Shown: one piece after another, positions 26,020 through 38,651 of the stretch
Layout: every line of letters begins with the position of its first letter
Position numbering within the stretch: position 1 is the stretch's first letter
DNA from: Pavona decussata
Taxonomy: Eukaryota
Assembly (NCBI GenBank): GCA_977016875.1
Contig: CDRNST010000060.1
Coordinates: 2,046,001 to 2,110,000, forward strand
Length of the DNA stretch: 64,000 nt
Direction of reading: 5' to 3'
Made by a program: the position numbers and the translations under genes
Notes under the pieces: generated by a model
Seen by the model: only the letters and a program-made list of their open reading frames with translations
What the model was told of the DNA's origin: nothing
Databases searched by the model: none

Positions 26020-29000
26020 CTAAAGATGACTCTTTTGCTTCTCCTTTTCTCGGAGAAGGCGACGTAGTATTTTCCCACTGGGAGATTTTGGAATCTGATC
26101 AACAAATTCCACTCCACCTCTCAGCTTTTTCTGTGATTGCACTTTCTTGGCCACGAATTCTTTGATTTCTTCTGCCGTCACGTTTCCACGACGGACCACG
26201 AAAGCCTTCGGCAGCTCTCCGGCCTCAAGATCGGGAACACCGATGACTGCCACGTCGTCGATTTTCGGGTGAGTAATCAATAACGCTTCGAGTTCGGCAG
26301 GAGGAACCTGGAAAGACGGAAGGAGAAGCAAGCAGAAAAGAAGAATTTACGAGAAGAGAAAAGACAAGTTGGAAAAGTTTTAATTTAGTTGTACAGTCAA
26401 CTCTCGCCTTGCGGACACAAAATTGTTTACAAACCATTTCCATCCTAGCCATCTGCAGCAAAAGATGAAAGATACTAGTTTCTGTGCACTTTCTGTTAAC
26501 AAAACTGGACCACTATTTTAACGTCTTGGTCGATAGAAATACAATAAGGTTTTAAGCCACTCCCAGTGACACTAAAAATAGATGACACTGCCTCTGATGT
26601 TACCTGAAATCCCTTATACTTGATAAGTTCTTTCAAACGACCAACAATAAAGAAATATTCATCTTCGTCGTAGTGTGCAATGTCTCCCGTATGAAGCCAG
26701 CCTTCACGATCAATTGTCTGCGCTGTGGCTTCTGGGTTGTCTAAGTAACCTAAAATGGTGTTTATAGAAAGTTTCTATCAATAGAGGGATTAGGTAGTAC
26801 TAGCAAGCCCGACAAACGTCAGTTTGACTTGCAAAACGTAAAGATTTTTTGTTCGTAAGTTTTACGTCTCCGACTTAAAAGTTTGACAAGCGCGACAGAA
26901 GTTCCTTTCTCTGTCTGCTCGGGGAGAAAACAGTTTTCTAAGCATCAACTGAAGCGACCGCGAGATAATTAATGTGGTTTCTGGCGACGCTTTGGGAGTT
27001 ACGGTTAAGGGAACAGCTAGATATTATCATAGTTCGCCTTCTTAAACTTTTTTTCTTCATATCTGTGTTAAGCTGGCAGCCAACTAGTTATTTTGCAATG
27101 TAATATTAGACGTCACCCAAAGAAAAGAGTCTCTCTGGCATTATAGAACTTTAGCAACGACGACGGCAAAGGCAGCAAAAACGTCACTATTAAAATGAAT
27201 TCGCGTTTTCTCAAACGTCACGGCGATTCGGCCAACTCGCTGTAAATGTCGAATGTAGGTGAAATTTCCTGGAGTTGAATTTGCACCCAAGTTTAGAAAG
27301 AGAAAGAAAAATTCGTCGTAGTGTGTTTACGTCCTCCACGAAACTCCCTATCAGGAAATTTCACGCACTAAACGTGCAGTGACGGCAAAGAAATGTACCA
27401 AAAAGTGTGATGCACGCGCAGAGTTATTGTTTTAATGATTATAAAAGCCTATTGCTTATTTGACGTTCTCGTTGCCGGCGCCATACGTCGTTGCTGACGT
27501 TCCCTATTAAAACGGGCAAACGACAGACGACAAACGTGCAGTGAAAACGGCGGGAAAGTGATGATTACGTGGGGTTTTCATTGTAAACGTGATTCTTAAC
27601 CTGCCTAATAAGGAAGAGTAAAGGTAGCCTGCATAGCAAGCGTTTCCGTGCTGTTTCCGAGCAAGGACCGCACGAAAATGGCGCGAGTAAGCGTTTCATT
27701 TCTCGCGCGGCCAAAGCCGAGAATCTCGTTCCTCGGTCTTTCTTTGCTCCGAAACAGTACGGAAACACTTGCTACGCAGGCTAGAGTAAAGGAGGTGGTC
27801 CTTGCTGGTGGTATTCCCTGGTATTACAGAGGCTAAGGTCACGTTTATTCTGTTAAACACAGGTAATTTTTCTGTTAGCGTGTGGAATCATGAAAAAAAG
27901 TTTAACTGCACCAAGCGTTTCAGTATCAGTGACCGACAACGTTACACAGCGCATCTCAACTCAAGGGTAAAAATAAAGTATATAACAACAACAATGCAAT
28001 ATAAATAGGCCATTTCCGAGTTACTGTGAACCTCACTATGAAAGCGAGGCTAGTGCAAAACATAGGAAAATTAGTTTGGTTTGTATATGAATGAAAACTA
28101 ATTTTCATAACAAAAACTTTGCACTTAGCCTCGCCTTCATAATGAGGTTCACAGCAACTCGGAAATGGTCTGTTATACCATCACAATCACCGTTACCGCA
28201 CGGCAAAATCAATGAGTTTTCATATATTAACAAGTTTAACAAGCGAAGAGAAGTATAGAGTAGCTGAAAAGATGCAAGTTTTCCAAATTGTGATCTTACA
28301 TGGCTATTGGTATCAAAGGCGGTGGGAAAATGATTTTTCCAATTTACCGCAACATGTCGCATACGCCGCCCATTTTGGTACACAATTTTGGAAAATTAAA
28401 TAGAAGAAATGCCCTCGCTGTTATTTAAGCAACTTAAGCTGTTGGGAAAAGAAAGCCTGAAAAAAAAATCAGGCTTGAACGGGATTCGAACCCATGACCT
28501 CTGACCTCTACCAACTGAGCTATCAAGCCAAATGGGAGGTGGTCGACATATTGTGAGATATATATTCACTATTCGTAATTGTATTAGAAAATCTTAATTC
28601 TTCAAACACCATGCTATGGAGAAATTTTAAAGACCGCTCACTCGAAAGCAAAGAATTTGAACTTTAAAGTGTCAGAACCACATGGAAAACCCTCCTTTCC
28701 ATTCCACCGGTGATTCGTTTCTCTCACCTTTCATTACTGTTGGCCCCCTTATACACATTTCTCCGTCTTGGTTTGGCCCCAGGGTTCTACCAGTATCAAG
28801 ATCGATAATCTGAAAACAAATAATCAAAAGTAAGTGATATGTAATAATAACAAACTTATGCATTATTCAGGTTAACAAAAGAAAACGTATCCTAACCCTA
28901 GCCCTAACCCCGTAAAATCAGCACATAAAGCGGTTTTGAATTGATTGTCGAAAATAATAGGCGTTTGCACTACTGCGCGCTGTGATTGGTTGGTAAAACT

Positions 29001-29226
29001 CGCGCCACTTTCTCAACCAATGAAATGCAAAGGCAAAAGTAATCGTGACTTGTTCGCACTTGCTTTCCCGCCCTTTGCGCCGCTCACGTCTATCTCCTTC
29101 GAGTTCTGATTGGTTCCTTGCGCTGTTTACGCCTTTTCTGAATGGTCAGAGCAATTACTTTGGTATTGTTTTTACGAAAGTCAATAGAGAACCGCTCTAC
29201 AATGCGCCCATATCGTGTTCTGCAAA

Positions 29227-29277
<51 letters not shown>

Positions 29278-32200
29278 AAGACAAAATCCTGTCGAGGGAA
29301 CTTTCAAGACCGCGGTGTTATTTGACGGTATTCTTCAAACCATTGTGTTACGTGAAGATTAAACAGAATAAGAATAAATGAGTTCGAACAGCAGCAGCAG
29401 CAGATTTAATTATTAATTTCGAGCATTACAATCACGTTAATCCAGGAATCTAAATTTCATCCACACACGCTTGGAGCTAAAATGTATAATCTACCATGGA
29501 TTAACTTTGCTGAAACAAAATATGAAGCAGCGTGGACAAGTTTAACAGTCTCAGATTGAAAGAAACTGAAAAAGTGGCCTTTTAATAAAAAAAAAAAGGA
29601 GTATCGGCTTTCGATATACCAGTTCAGTACATTGTTATGTCGAAGTAGTAATGTAAATCCACAGGTACTGCAATGCGCATGCCGTTTAATGGTCTTTTCC
29701 ATTGGTTGTTAGTAGAATGGATACTCCAAAACAAGTTTGGACACCTTATAATGTTTATACAACAGAAATCTTCTTTCAAACTTCACAGTAAAAAAAGTTA
29801 AAATCAAAATAGTGTACGCCTGGTCATTTGCTTCATAACTGCTATCTATATACACTAGACCAACGAGGGCTAGTTGAGGGAAAATTATGGTAAATTTTAA
29901 CTTATTTCAGAGAGCTAGCCATGACAACAAATGACAGCTAACCGTTCAAATCAGTGCTTAGGCCTAAAAAGTGCAGATCTGTGCTAATCTCGTACGACAT
30001 TCCCGAACCAAATGAGATCTTGATGCGAGATTAGATCTGTGCTAAACCTCCAAAACGGTTGTTCTGTCTCTGCCTAAATGGAGCTCTTTTCTCTCAGTTT
30101 TCTGCCTAACAAATGGGCTTCCGTTCTCGTCTATGTCAGGGCTATCACGATTAAGGATACTATATTGTGTAAACACCATAAGGTGTCTTGCCATGTTTTG
30201 GTGTGTCCATTCTAGGATCAATCCGTTGGGTTTCAAGAACAACCCGTTATTGTTGCAGAATATTGAAAATATAAGGATTGAAGCAGAATCCAGGACCTAC
30301 CGTTTTGTACAAAATCTTTACGATATGTGTTTTTTTACCAGCACCTTATCACCCCCACCCCCCACCCCTCCCAAAAAGAGACAAAAAATTTGCCTCTTAA
30401 ACTGTATCACCCACGAAAATGGATCAGGAGTGCAGCCAACGAGCATAGCCACGTGGCTAACAACAGCCAGAGCTCAGCTGGGTTTCCGTAACATGAACTG
30501 GGCCCAGCATTCAAGTTATTCACACATACCTTGCATTCCAAGTTTGGTAGCAGAACACCCACTGATCCAGGGACTATTTTGCCATCAGGAGCTATGTTGT
30601 GAGAAGCTCCACTCAATTCGGTCATTCCAAACCCTAAGGGAGTTTGCAAAACAGCTCGATGTAAATTCAAGATGTAGTTTAGCCTCCAAATTGAACCAGT
30701 TCCGTTTCGAGGGATGCTAAGCCAGCCCAGAAGCCCAATCACCGGAGCATATAACTCCTATATCTTCGTCTAACGGTGTTTTTATAGACCTATTTATTTT
30801 AGCTTGAAGTTCCCACAAATTCAGCCTCCAACGGGAGCCTAAGGGTGCGTTTCATTAAGAAAATCCGAATAAGGATTTCTGATCCAAGATCACTCGGATC
30901 ATGGTGTATTAAAGGCACCAACAAATCCACTCAGGGTAAGGATTCGTCGGTTCCTTTGATGCACCATGATCCGAGTGATCTTGGATCAAAACTCCGGATT
31001 CGGATTTTCCCAAAGATACACATCCTTAATAACCATGTCTCATGCTTTGCATAATTCTCGTGTGAACCAGTATTTACATTGTCGCGGGAAATAGCATTTC
31101 CATGAGTATCTAAAAATAGACAGATCTTGAAACACCGTGACATAGGCTGGCATAGGAGCTGTACGCCCAAGTAATGCGCTCCTGGCCCGCCCCAATCAGT
31201 CACTTTATTTCTTACAAATTAGCGATGAACCTCGCACGCGGAACCCAAAGGACGATACCTGAAGGTGAACACTACCTAGCGTTTGAATAGCCAATCAAAG
31301 CGTGTGAAAAACACTATTCATTGGAATAGTATATACTAAACACTGACATTGTTGCTTTCGCGGCGCAAATTTTGCTTTCAAAACGTGTCTACCAGTCTAC
31401 CAAACTTTTTCTCCCGCAAATACCCTGTCCTAACCTTGTCTAACTGTGTCCACGTTGGGTATCCTCCTAGCTACGCCTCTTTCCAGTTCCTGAGAGAGAG
31501 CAGCGGCACCTGAGGAGATAGACTTGAGACTGGACAAGTCGAACTTGTCTACCAGAGGATGCTTTGCCAAAAATAACACCAGGGGAGGGACCAGAGGAGC
31601 ATTTGTCACCTGGGGAAGAAATGGGAAAACATAACCTCTAATCAAAAACATCATCCGATTAAGGTTTTTTTTTTTTTAGACTTTTTTCAAGGTTCGCTAA
31701 GCGGACTGGCTTGGTCAAATGCAAGTAAACATCTATTTTTGTGATGAGCGACTGACTTTATGAAAACAAAAAAAAAACGTAACATTCACGTGCACTTGAT
31801 TGATTGCTGTATATCGTAAAAGAAATCTTCTCCAGGTGACTTAGGAAACAAAGAATCTTTGTCATTCCCGTAACTAGGACAAAAAGGTTTTCAGAGTCGT
31901 TTATCATTCGCAGCTGTAATGATGCACAGTATGCTTAATCCGATTTTTTTAAAAAAAATATTAATTATTTTTAATTAAAAAACTGTCGTTAGATGATTTA
32001 CACTTTTATTGTACTTTTATTAGCTTATCGATCTATTGTAATTATTCAGAAAATGCTTCTAAAAGTTACGCAATTCAGTGTTTTTTCTGCAAAGTAATTT
32101 CAATAAAACCAGTCTCTCTTTCTGCCTGTCTGTCTACTTTTATTCTGTAAACTACGTAAAATGCTTTTAAATCTGTTACTACGTAAAGTTTTTGCATATC

Positions 32201-35200
32201 TGTATTTGTAAGTTCTTGTTACTTTTCTAAAGTGCTCCTGTATTCGTCTTGTCCCGCCTCGATAAGTTTTGTAACTATTTTCGGGACAATTCTGTCTGTC
32301 TATATGACGTCTCAGTTTATCCAGTAAATCTTGAACTTCCAAGCCATGAAAGCTTGTCATTCCGTGTTCTCTAGCATTGCACTGAGTCCACCAGAATTGT
32401 AAAGAATTGAGGATAGGGAGTGTCCTGAAATATGGCTTAGAGATAAAATAAAGGCGCCCCTATCGCAAATTCTGGGACGGATTTCTTCAGCCGGTAGTCG
32501 CACTTCCTCAGCCATTACTTTAGCTTCCAGCGGAGGATATTGCATGCTACAGCAATAGAAGCCGTCCTCGCAAACGCTCTTTTGGCTCCTCACGCAATGC
32601 GTGTGGAGGAAAGGTTGCGTGACGAGCCAAAAGAGCGTCTGCGAGGGCGGCTTCTATTGCTGTAGTATGCAATATCCTGCGCTGTAACACCCGTCTACTA
32701 AGTGGACTGACCTTGTAGTCTTGAATAGCTCGAAGAAACGTGTTTGGTTCGAAGCGCGAGAGCAGGACAATCTTACTTCCAACATGCAGCCGTCCTGCCA
32801 TTATTATTGCTAAGCCGTAAATGTGGTAGAGGGGTAACACATTTAAAACTACCCCTACATCCTCAAGTGGTGGACCATCTTTAAAAAGGATACGCACTTC
32901 CGCTATCAGATTGTAGTGCGTCAGCATAACACCTTTAGAAACACCTGTCGTCCCACTTGAGAATGGTAAAGCAACTACATCCTTCTTTGGGTCGATTTTC
33001 ACATCGTCTGAGAATGCGGCTCCATCTTCGGATAGAAGAGAAGAAATTGACTCACAGTCTTGCGCTTGTCCAATCACAAATACGGAACGCATTCCTTTCA
33101 ACACGCCTGCACTGAAAGCCTTCTCCGCAAGCGAAGGAGTGGTAACAAGATATTTTGCACGGGAGAGTTGTAGGTAGCGAGCAAGGTCCTCGTGTGAAGA
33201 CTTAGGGTTGACTGTCGCGATTATTCCACCTATGATCGCGGCGCCGAAGAAGATGATCGGATATTCTATGACATTTGGAAGATACATGGCCATGACGTCA
33301 CCCTGTTTAAAGCCTCTTCTGGCCAGGCCATAACTAAAACGGTGTGTTTGGTCTTTAAGCTGAGCGAAGGTGAAAAATCGCCCGGACCCAGCGTCGATCT
33401 ATAGGAGACAAAAAAGAAATAATATCCTCACAATGTAAGCTCAGTTCTGGGCAGCAGGGATGGCGCAGAGGTGAGAGCACTCTTCTCCCTCCAATGTGGC
33501 CGGGGTTCGATTACGAGACTCGGCGTCATACGTGGGTTGAGTTTTGTTGTTGGTTCTCGTCCTCTCTCCGAGAGGTTTTTTCTGGGTACTTCGGTTTTCA
33601 TCTCTCGTTAAAAACCAACATTTCCAAATTTCAATTCGATCTGGAGAGTGTCTCCAATTAGCGGCTCTGCGCTAAATGGTTTGAGACTTAAATATAGTGC
33701 AAAACAGGCCCCTGGGGGGGGGGAGAGGTGCCTTTAATCTTTAATTGGTATACTTCTGAAACAGTAAAAAATAAAATACTATACTAGAAGTTTCAATAGG
33801 TAAATAATTCAGAAAGAAAACAGTAAATACTGTACTAAAAGGATATAAGCTAAAATTCACATAAACATATATACATCAATCGTTTCTACATTTCTGAAAT
33901 AGAAGTTGCCAGATTGAAAACATGTGAAAAGCACTTGAGACACAAAAGTGTATTGCAAACCATGCTGTGATTTTTGGTAGAGCTACTTCATTGAATAAAG
34001 AGACTGCGTCTCCAGATGGTGGTTTTTACTAAGCAATCAGACACTGGAAATTTTTGAACAGGCCCAGTTAAGAAAACATTATCCCAAAACGCCATTCATA
34101 TAGTAAAGAAATAATTGAGAAAACTGTTGAGATTGCCTTCATGCAAATATGTAAAAAATATTGTTTATGTGCCATTTAATTTCAGCAGCTGAGTAAAACA
34201 CAGCTATACAAGAATTAAAAGAGTTTAAAGCTTAATATTTATGGGTTCATTCAAACTCCACAGTCTGTATGGAGCTTGAAATTCAGTTATTCATTGTGTT
34301 ATACAATTGAGCCAGTTTTACTTTTTCCTGGTTACTTTTCCTTTTTATCAATGCACACCCTGTTAAAGAAACATTGTGCCATAATCATTGGAATTGCCAA
34401 TAATTTCAGATAATCGTGTCAGTTCAGATTCTCGTTTCTAGCACTCCTCAGCTGTCCTTTTGGATGGTAGGATTTAAAGGAGCAGACTGTCACCTAATTT
34501 TAGTGTCACTTTGAATAGCCAAAAGATATATATTTTGTACCTGTAGAAACATACAAAAAAAAATGGTTCGGTCTTGTTAACATTACATCCTTACTGTAAA
34601 ATCAATCATGTTTATTTTGCCCTGGTATGGCTATCTGTTAACCCTTTAAGCCTTAACAGTATTCAGCATCAAATTCCTCCTTGTAATATCAATGCTTATT
34701 CAACCCCTGAGGTCAGGAGATTTGAGGATATGATCACCCAAAGTGAATTTTCATGATATTTAATTAATTTCTCCATGGTACTACTATAAGAAAAGTATGG
34801 GGACAAGATAGGAGAATTTGCTCCTCTTTGATATTAGGGTTTAAAGGTTTAAACAGTTTCTTGTTGTTTCATTATTATACAGGTACATATCTATACAGAG
34901 ATTATGAAAAGAAAAGTTATTTCAAGGATTTCTGGTATATTTCAACCTGAATGTGCAGTTCCAGAAAATATCCATACTCCACCCATGGAAGGTTTTTTGT
35001 TTTGCACCCCTCCTCTCCCCAGGAAATTCCAGTTTAGCTTCATACTTTGCTTCCAAAATTTTGGCTTTTAAGACCCCCACCCCCCTAGGAATTTCTGATG
35101 ACCTTCCTCAGGGTGGGTATTCAGGGATGTCTGAATTGCCCCACAGTGCGTCTTCAAATATGGAGAAAATGACTTCCCCTGCCAGCAATAATAAAACGCC

Positions 35201-36767
35201 TTACAGAGGCGTCACATCAAGGGCAGGCCAGGTTCAGTGGGGGGGGGGGGGGGGGGCGTCAATTAAACAGTACCTAAAACAACGCTAAACATTTCAGATT
35301 TCCTTGTCAGAAAGTCCAGTCTACAACAAATAGCAAACTTCGTCAATATTATTATCCGGGAGATTACAGACATAAATCTGGAGACCGGGAGATACGGTTC
35401 AAAATCTGGAGACTCCTGGATTATCCGGGAGAGTTGACGGGCCTGGTATTGATTTTTTTTCTGGAACTGCACATTATGGGACTAAAGTAGGGTTAGTGTG
35501 ACTGAATCTCAGTTTAGTCAGGATATCACTGCATAATGTCTTCTACTGACAGTTGTGCCTTAAAGGCACTGTTACAGTGAGTTTGTTGTGTTTTGATCAA
35601 AACTGCTCAACTATTTAACAAAAAACCTTTCCTCTAACACAAAATTGCCCTTAGAGATCTGGGAGGACGATATTGAAGTGATCTCTTGGAGGAAAAACAA
35701 AGTGTAATTAGTTCTTCAGTGACTTCTCTAACATGCACAGCTGAAAGATTAGAACTTAATAAAATCGCCATCAATTTCCACCCTAGCCATCCACAGCCAA
35801 ATTAGATAAATACTTAAATTCCTGATCACTCCTATTAAGCTTATTTAACAATAGGCCTTATCACGGTTTTCAACGCCATATTGACGAGTAGGCAAACAGG
35901 CTTGAAATAACAGTGTTTGTTGTTTGTATGTTTGTATGGAAATCCGAACTTTCCATACATTTCCCCGTATTTTTTTCCCACGAACTATTTTTAGTAGCAG
36001 TTCACAGCTGGTTCGCTATACAGACAAATGTATGGAAAGTTCAAAACATGACTGGACGCTTTCTGGCACAGCTACATCCCTCCAATCCCTAGTGCCAAAA
36101 GTCTCCAATTCGTGAATTTTTCAGAAGCGATGTTTTATGAAAATTATTTGACATCGGATTTCCATACAAACACTGTTATTTCAAACCTTTTTGCCTACTC
36201 GTCAAAATGGCGTCGAAAACCGTGATAAGGCCTATTATTTCATGAGCGCGCACTGGATATCAGATGATAGATAGCCAGTGAGGCACATAGCGCCAAGTTG
36301 GCTGTAATCATCACATATCCAACAAGCGTGAGTGCAATCATTGTTTTATTAAAACAATCAAGAAATCTTATTTTCTAGATCTTGCTGATTTTGCTTTTAA
36401 TTGCAGGAACAACCAGAAGACAATTTGATAGTTGCTATTTCTCAGGCCTGGTACAATGGCTCATATACCATGACCGCTAAAGCCAATTCCTGGAATTGCA
36501 CTATACGATGATTCGTTTTTTAATGATATTAAAATATTATATATGAAAGAAGATCTGATCGCGTGGCCTCGAGCATATACAAAACGCCGATACAGAACAA
36601 GGCAAGACAACACAGTCAAATGATACGGTACAACAAAATAAGGAGCTATGCTTACGTACAATAGCTTGTCTGTCTCCATACTCATCAAAGTTTTGGAAAA
36701 CGAACTGAGTCAATGATAAATTGTCGGGGATGTTTATGTCAGGCCATTTGCTTCGAATGGTTGTCAT
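26020..36767 (-). CDS. 4CL/luciferase-like acyl-CoA synthetase copy C, about 529 aa, probably peroxisomal (C-terminal SHL)
   Basis: Exons 36767-36660, 33398-32712, 31609-31435, 30633-30530, 28809-28728, 26749-26604, 26307-26020, in frame. Motifs [30 protein letters not shown]. Ends QKSHL*. Confidence 0.92.
28405..28550 (-). mobile_element. tRNA-derived SINE fragment
   Basis: Minus strand reads TAGCTCAGTTGGTAGAG (A box)...GGTTCGAATCCC (B box) with the anticodon arm deleted; not a functional tRNA. Confidence 0.65.
30841..31028. mobile_element. Palindromic MITE in intron 3 of copy C
   Basis: Internal IR TGATCCAAGATCACTCGGATCATGGTG / CACCATGATCCGAGTGATCTTGGATCA with AAGGGTG...CATCCTT ends. Confidence 0.65.
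33450..33680 (+). mobile_element. tRNA-derived SINE with a V-SINE-like core
   Basis: A box TGGCGCAGAGGT, B box GGTTCGATTAC, then GGTTTTTTCTGGGTACTTCGGTTTTC resembling the V-domain core. Confidence 0.7.
34952..35473. mobile_element. MITE with probable nested insertions
   Basis: TIR TGTGCAGTTCCAGAAAA / TTTTCTGGAACTGCACA. Confidence 0.65.
35851..36235. mobile_element. MITE with long TIRs in intron 1 of copy C
   Basis: ATAGGCCTTATCACGGTTTTCAACGCCA...TGGCGTCGAAAACCGTGATAAGGCCTAT, ~65-bp arms. Confidence 0.75.
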
Positions 36768-37481
36768 GTCTGTCTTGAAAATTGCGAGCCCTCTTTTGGA
36801 CAAGCTGTAAAGTGCATCCGAGGCGGCTTCGTTGACTTGGTTTTTACGTTGAATCTATTTTTTTCAGGGAACTAAGGTGCATTTGATTTGAGGATATACT
36901 CGATTTACGCCGTGACCGCTGGTACATCGCCCAAAGCTCGAGCTTGGGTAGCCTGTGGACCACTCATACGCGCGTTGAATCATGGAGCCAAAAGCTTGGG
37001 GGAAAGTCACGCAATCCACTGACGTACTCTGTGCAGAGGGAAACATGGGGGTCGACCAATTGAGCTGAATTTCATAGAAACTTCAATGAACCTATCATTT
37101 TTGCGTCAGTTCAGTTGTCCTGTGTCTTCGATTTCCACGTCTTCCTCTGCATATATCCCCGCTTTACTAGCTCACCCCTGGATGAATCGCAGCCCAGTTC
37201 TACGCAGGAATTTTTAACAGGCATAGAACTGGGACCAAGTAGACTTGTCAGACTGGTTGGACAATTCGAATTGAATCGGAACGGAAACAGGGATAACATG
37301 CAGAAGAAAAAGCGAAACTCAAAGATACAGGACAACAGATCAAGCGGGAAAGATTTCTGCACAGTCCGAACATAATTATACATGCGCCACTGTCATATTT
37401 CACGATAGTCTCCTGAGCCGTTCGTAGTGTCGTCATGCAACGCTCCTCCCCACTAAGAATGGCTGCGCAGTAGACTAATTA

Positions 37482-37565
37482 CACGACGGACCAGGAAATC
37501 CTTCGGCAGCTCTTAGGCTTCAATATGGAGAACACCGATGACTGCAACGTCATCGGAGTAATCAA
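37482..37565 (-). pseudogene. Isolated decayed fragment of the last exon of the acyl-CoA synthetase family
   Basis: CACGACGGACCAGGAAATCCTTCGGCAGCTC...AACACCGATGACTGCAACGTCATCG-GAGTAATCAA aligns to the [24 protein letters not shown] exon, with a stop codon and indels. Confidence 0.75.
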
Positions 37566-37569
37566 CTAG

Positions 37570-38400
37570 ATGCAACAATCACACATTGCTGAACACCATT
37601 TAAAAACAAACCACAGAATCGACTGGGATTCTGCCAAGTGCGTTACCTACAGTACAAATTACTATCAACGGCTCACTCTGAAAGGCTGGTTTACTAACTC
37701 AGAACAAACGCCACCCAACCGTTGCCTAAAACAACCTGCACCTTACAAACGACTTATTGACATCAACAAAAATCTTAGACGACAAAGAGCATAAACTACA
37801 CCTCTTGCTTCCCCCAAGACATACCCCTAAGTACAACTTTAGGCAAAGCCGAATGTTTGATCTTAGTTATAAGACTAATCGTACAAAGAATAGTTTTATT
37901 AACTTTCAGTGTAATTTAATTAACAACAATAAGAATGTATATTAGGTTGTATATCTTATAAATATTTTTAGTATCTCTAGCATTTTTTTAAGCTTTTTTT
38001 CCCCTTAGTATATACAGTTATTGTACGTAATTTAGCCAATGGCTACCATGTACATACTAATAAAATACCTATCTCAGTATTTATCTATCTCACAAAACAG
38101 ACAAACAATAGGCAATTTTACCAACAACAGACCAACCGTTTGACTAACAAAACACGGATCAAAACGCACCAATCACTTTTCAGTCTTTATAGCCAATACC
38201 ATCACAGCTTACTGACAAACGATCAGTAACCTCTCGACTTTCTTGACCAATCAGGTCAACAGCCAGCGACATTTATACCATCTACTGACGTTCCACAATT
38301 TACTTGGCTCTGAAGATGACTTCCGCTCAGGTTGTCGAAACGTCAGTCAATGTCACCTCAAACGAGAGTCGTTCTCAAGACTACGGATGATCATAATTTA
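37570..38400 (+). mobile_element. Penelope-like element 3' end (GIY-YIG C-terminus and tail), interrupted by a LINE 3' fragment at ~37765-38080
   Basis: SHIAEHHLKTNHRIDWDSAKCV...QRLTLKGWFTN resembles the PLE endonuclease tail. HKLHLLLPP...YNFR...KTNRTKNSFI followed by AATAAA resembles a LINE RT C-terminus. The PLE tail carries a hammerhead motif. Confidence 0.7.
38304..38350 (+). ncRNA. Minimal type-I hammerhead ribozyme motif (PLE-associated)
   Basis: Stem I TTGGCT/AGTCAA, core CTGAAGA, stem II GAC...GTC, GAAA, loopless stem III, GTC cleavage triplet at 38342-38344. Confidence 0.7.
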
Positions 38401-38651
38401 CGTACATATGAAAATAATTTTATTAACCAAATAAAAAAAATGTCTCGTTTGAATAAACCGAGTACGTTGCTGTTACCAAGCTATAAACAATGTTACCCAA
38501 AATTTCTTCGATACCAGAATTCAACGATACTAGGTCGAGGTCCTAACCATGCTAACGATACTAATTGGCATCACAGTCTACCATTTCTGAGCACTTAGCC
38601 ACGCTGGCTACCAATGCCTACATAGACAATCTCAAAAAGCCACGAATTTTA

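Noticed and set aside
28470-28530. tRNA gene
   Set aside because: A and B boxes are present but there is no anticodon arm or acceptor stem; it is a SINE head. The same applies at ~33460 and ~19350.
37115-37383. Overlapping +/- ORFs between copies C and D
   Set aside because: No recognisable domain and no supported splice partners.
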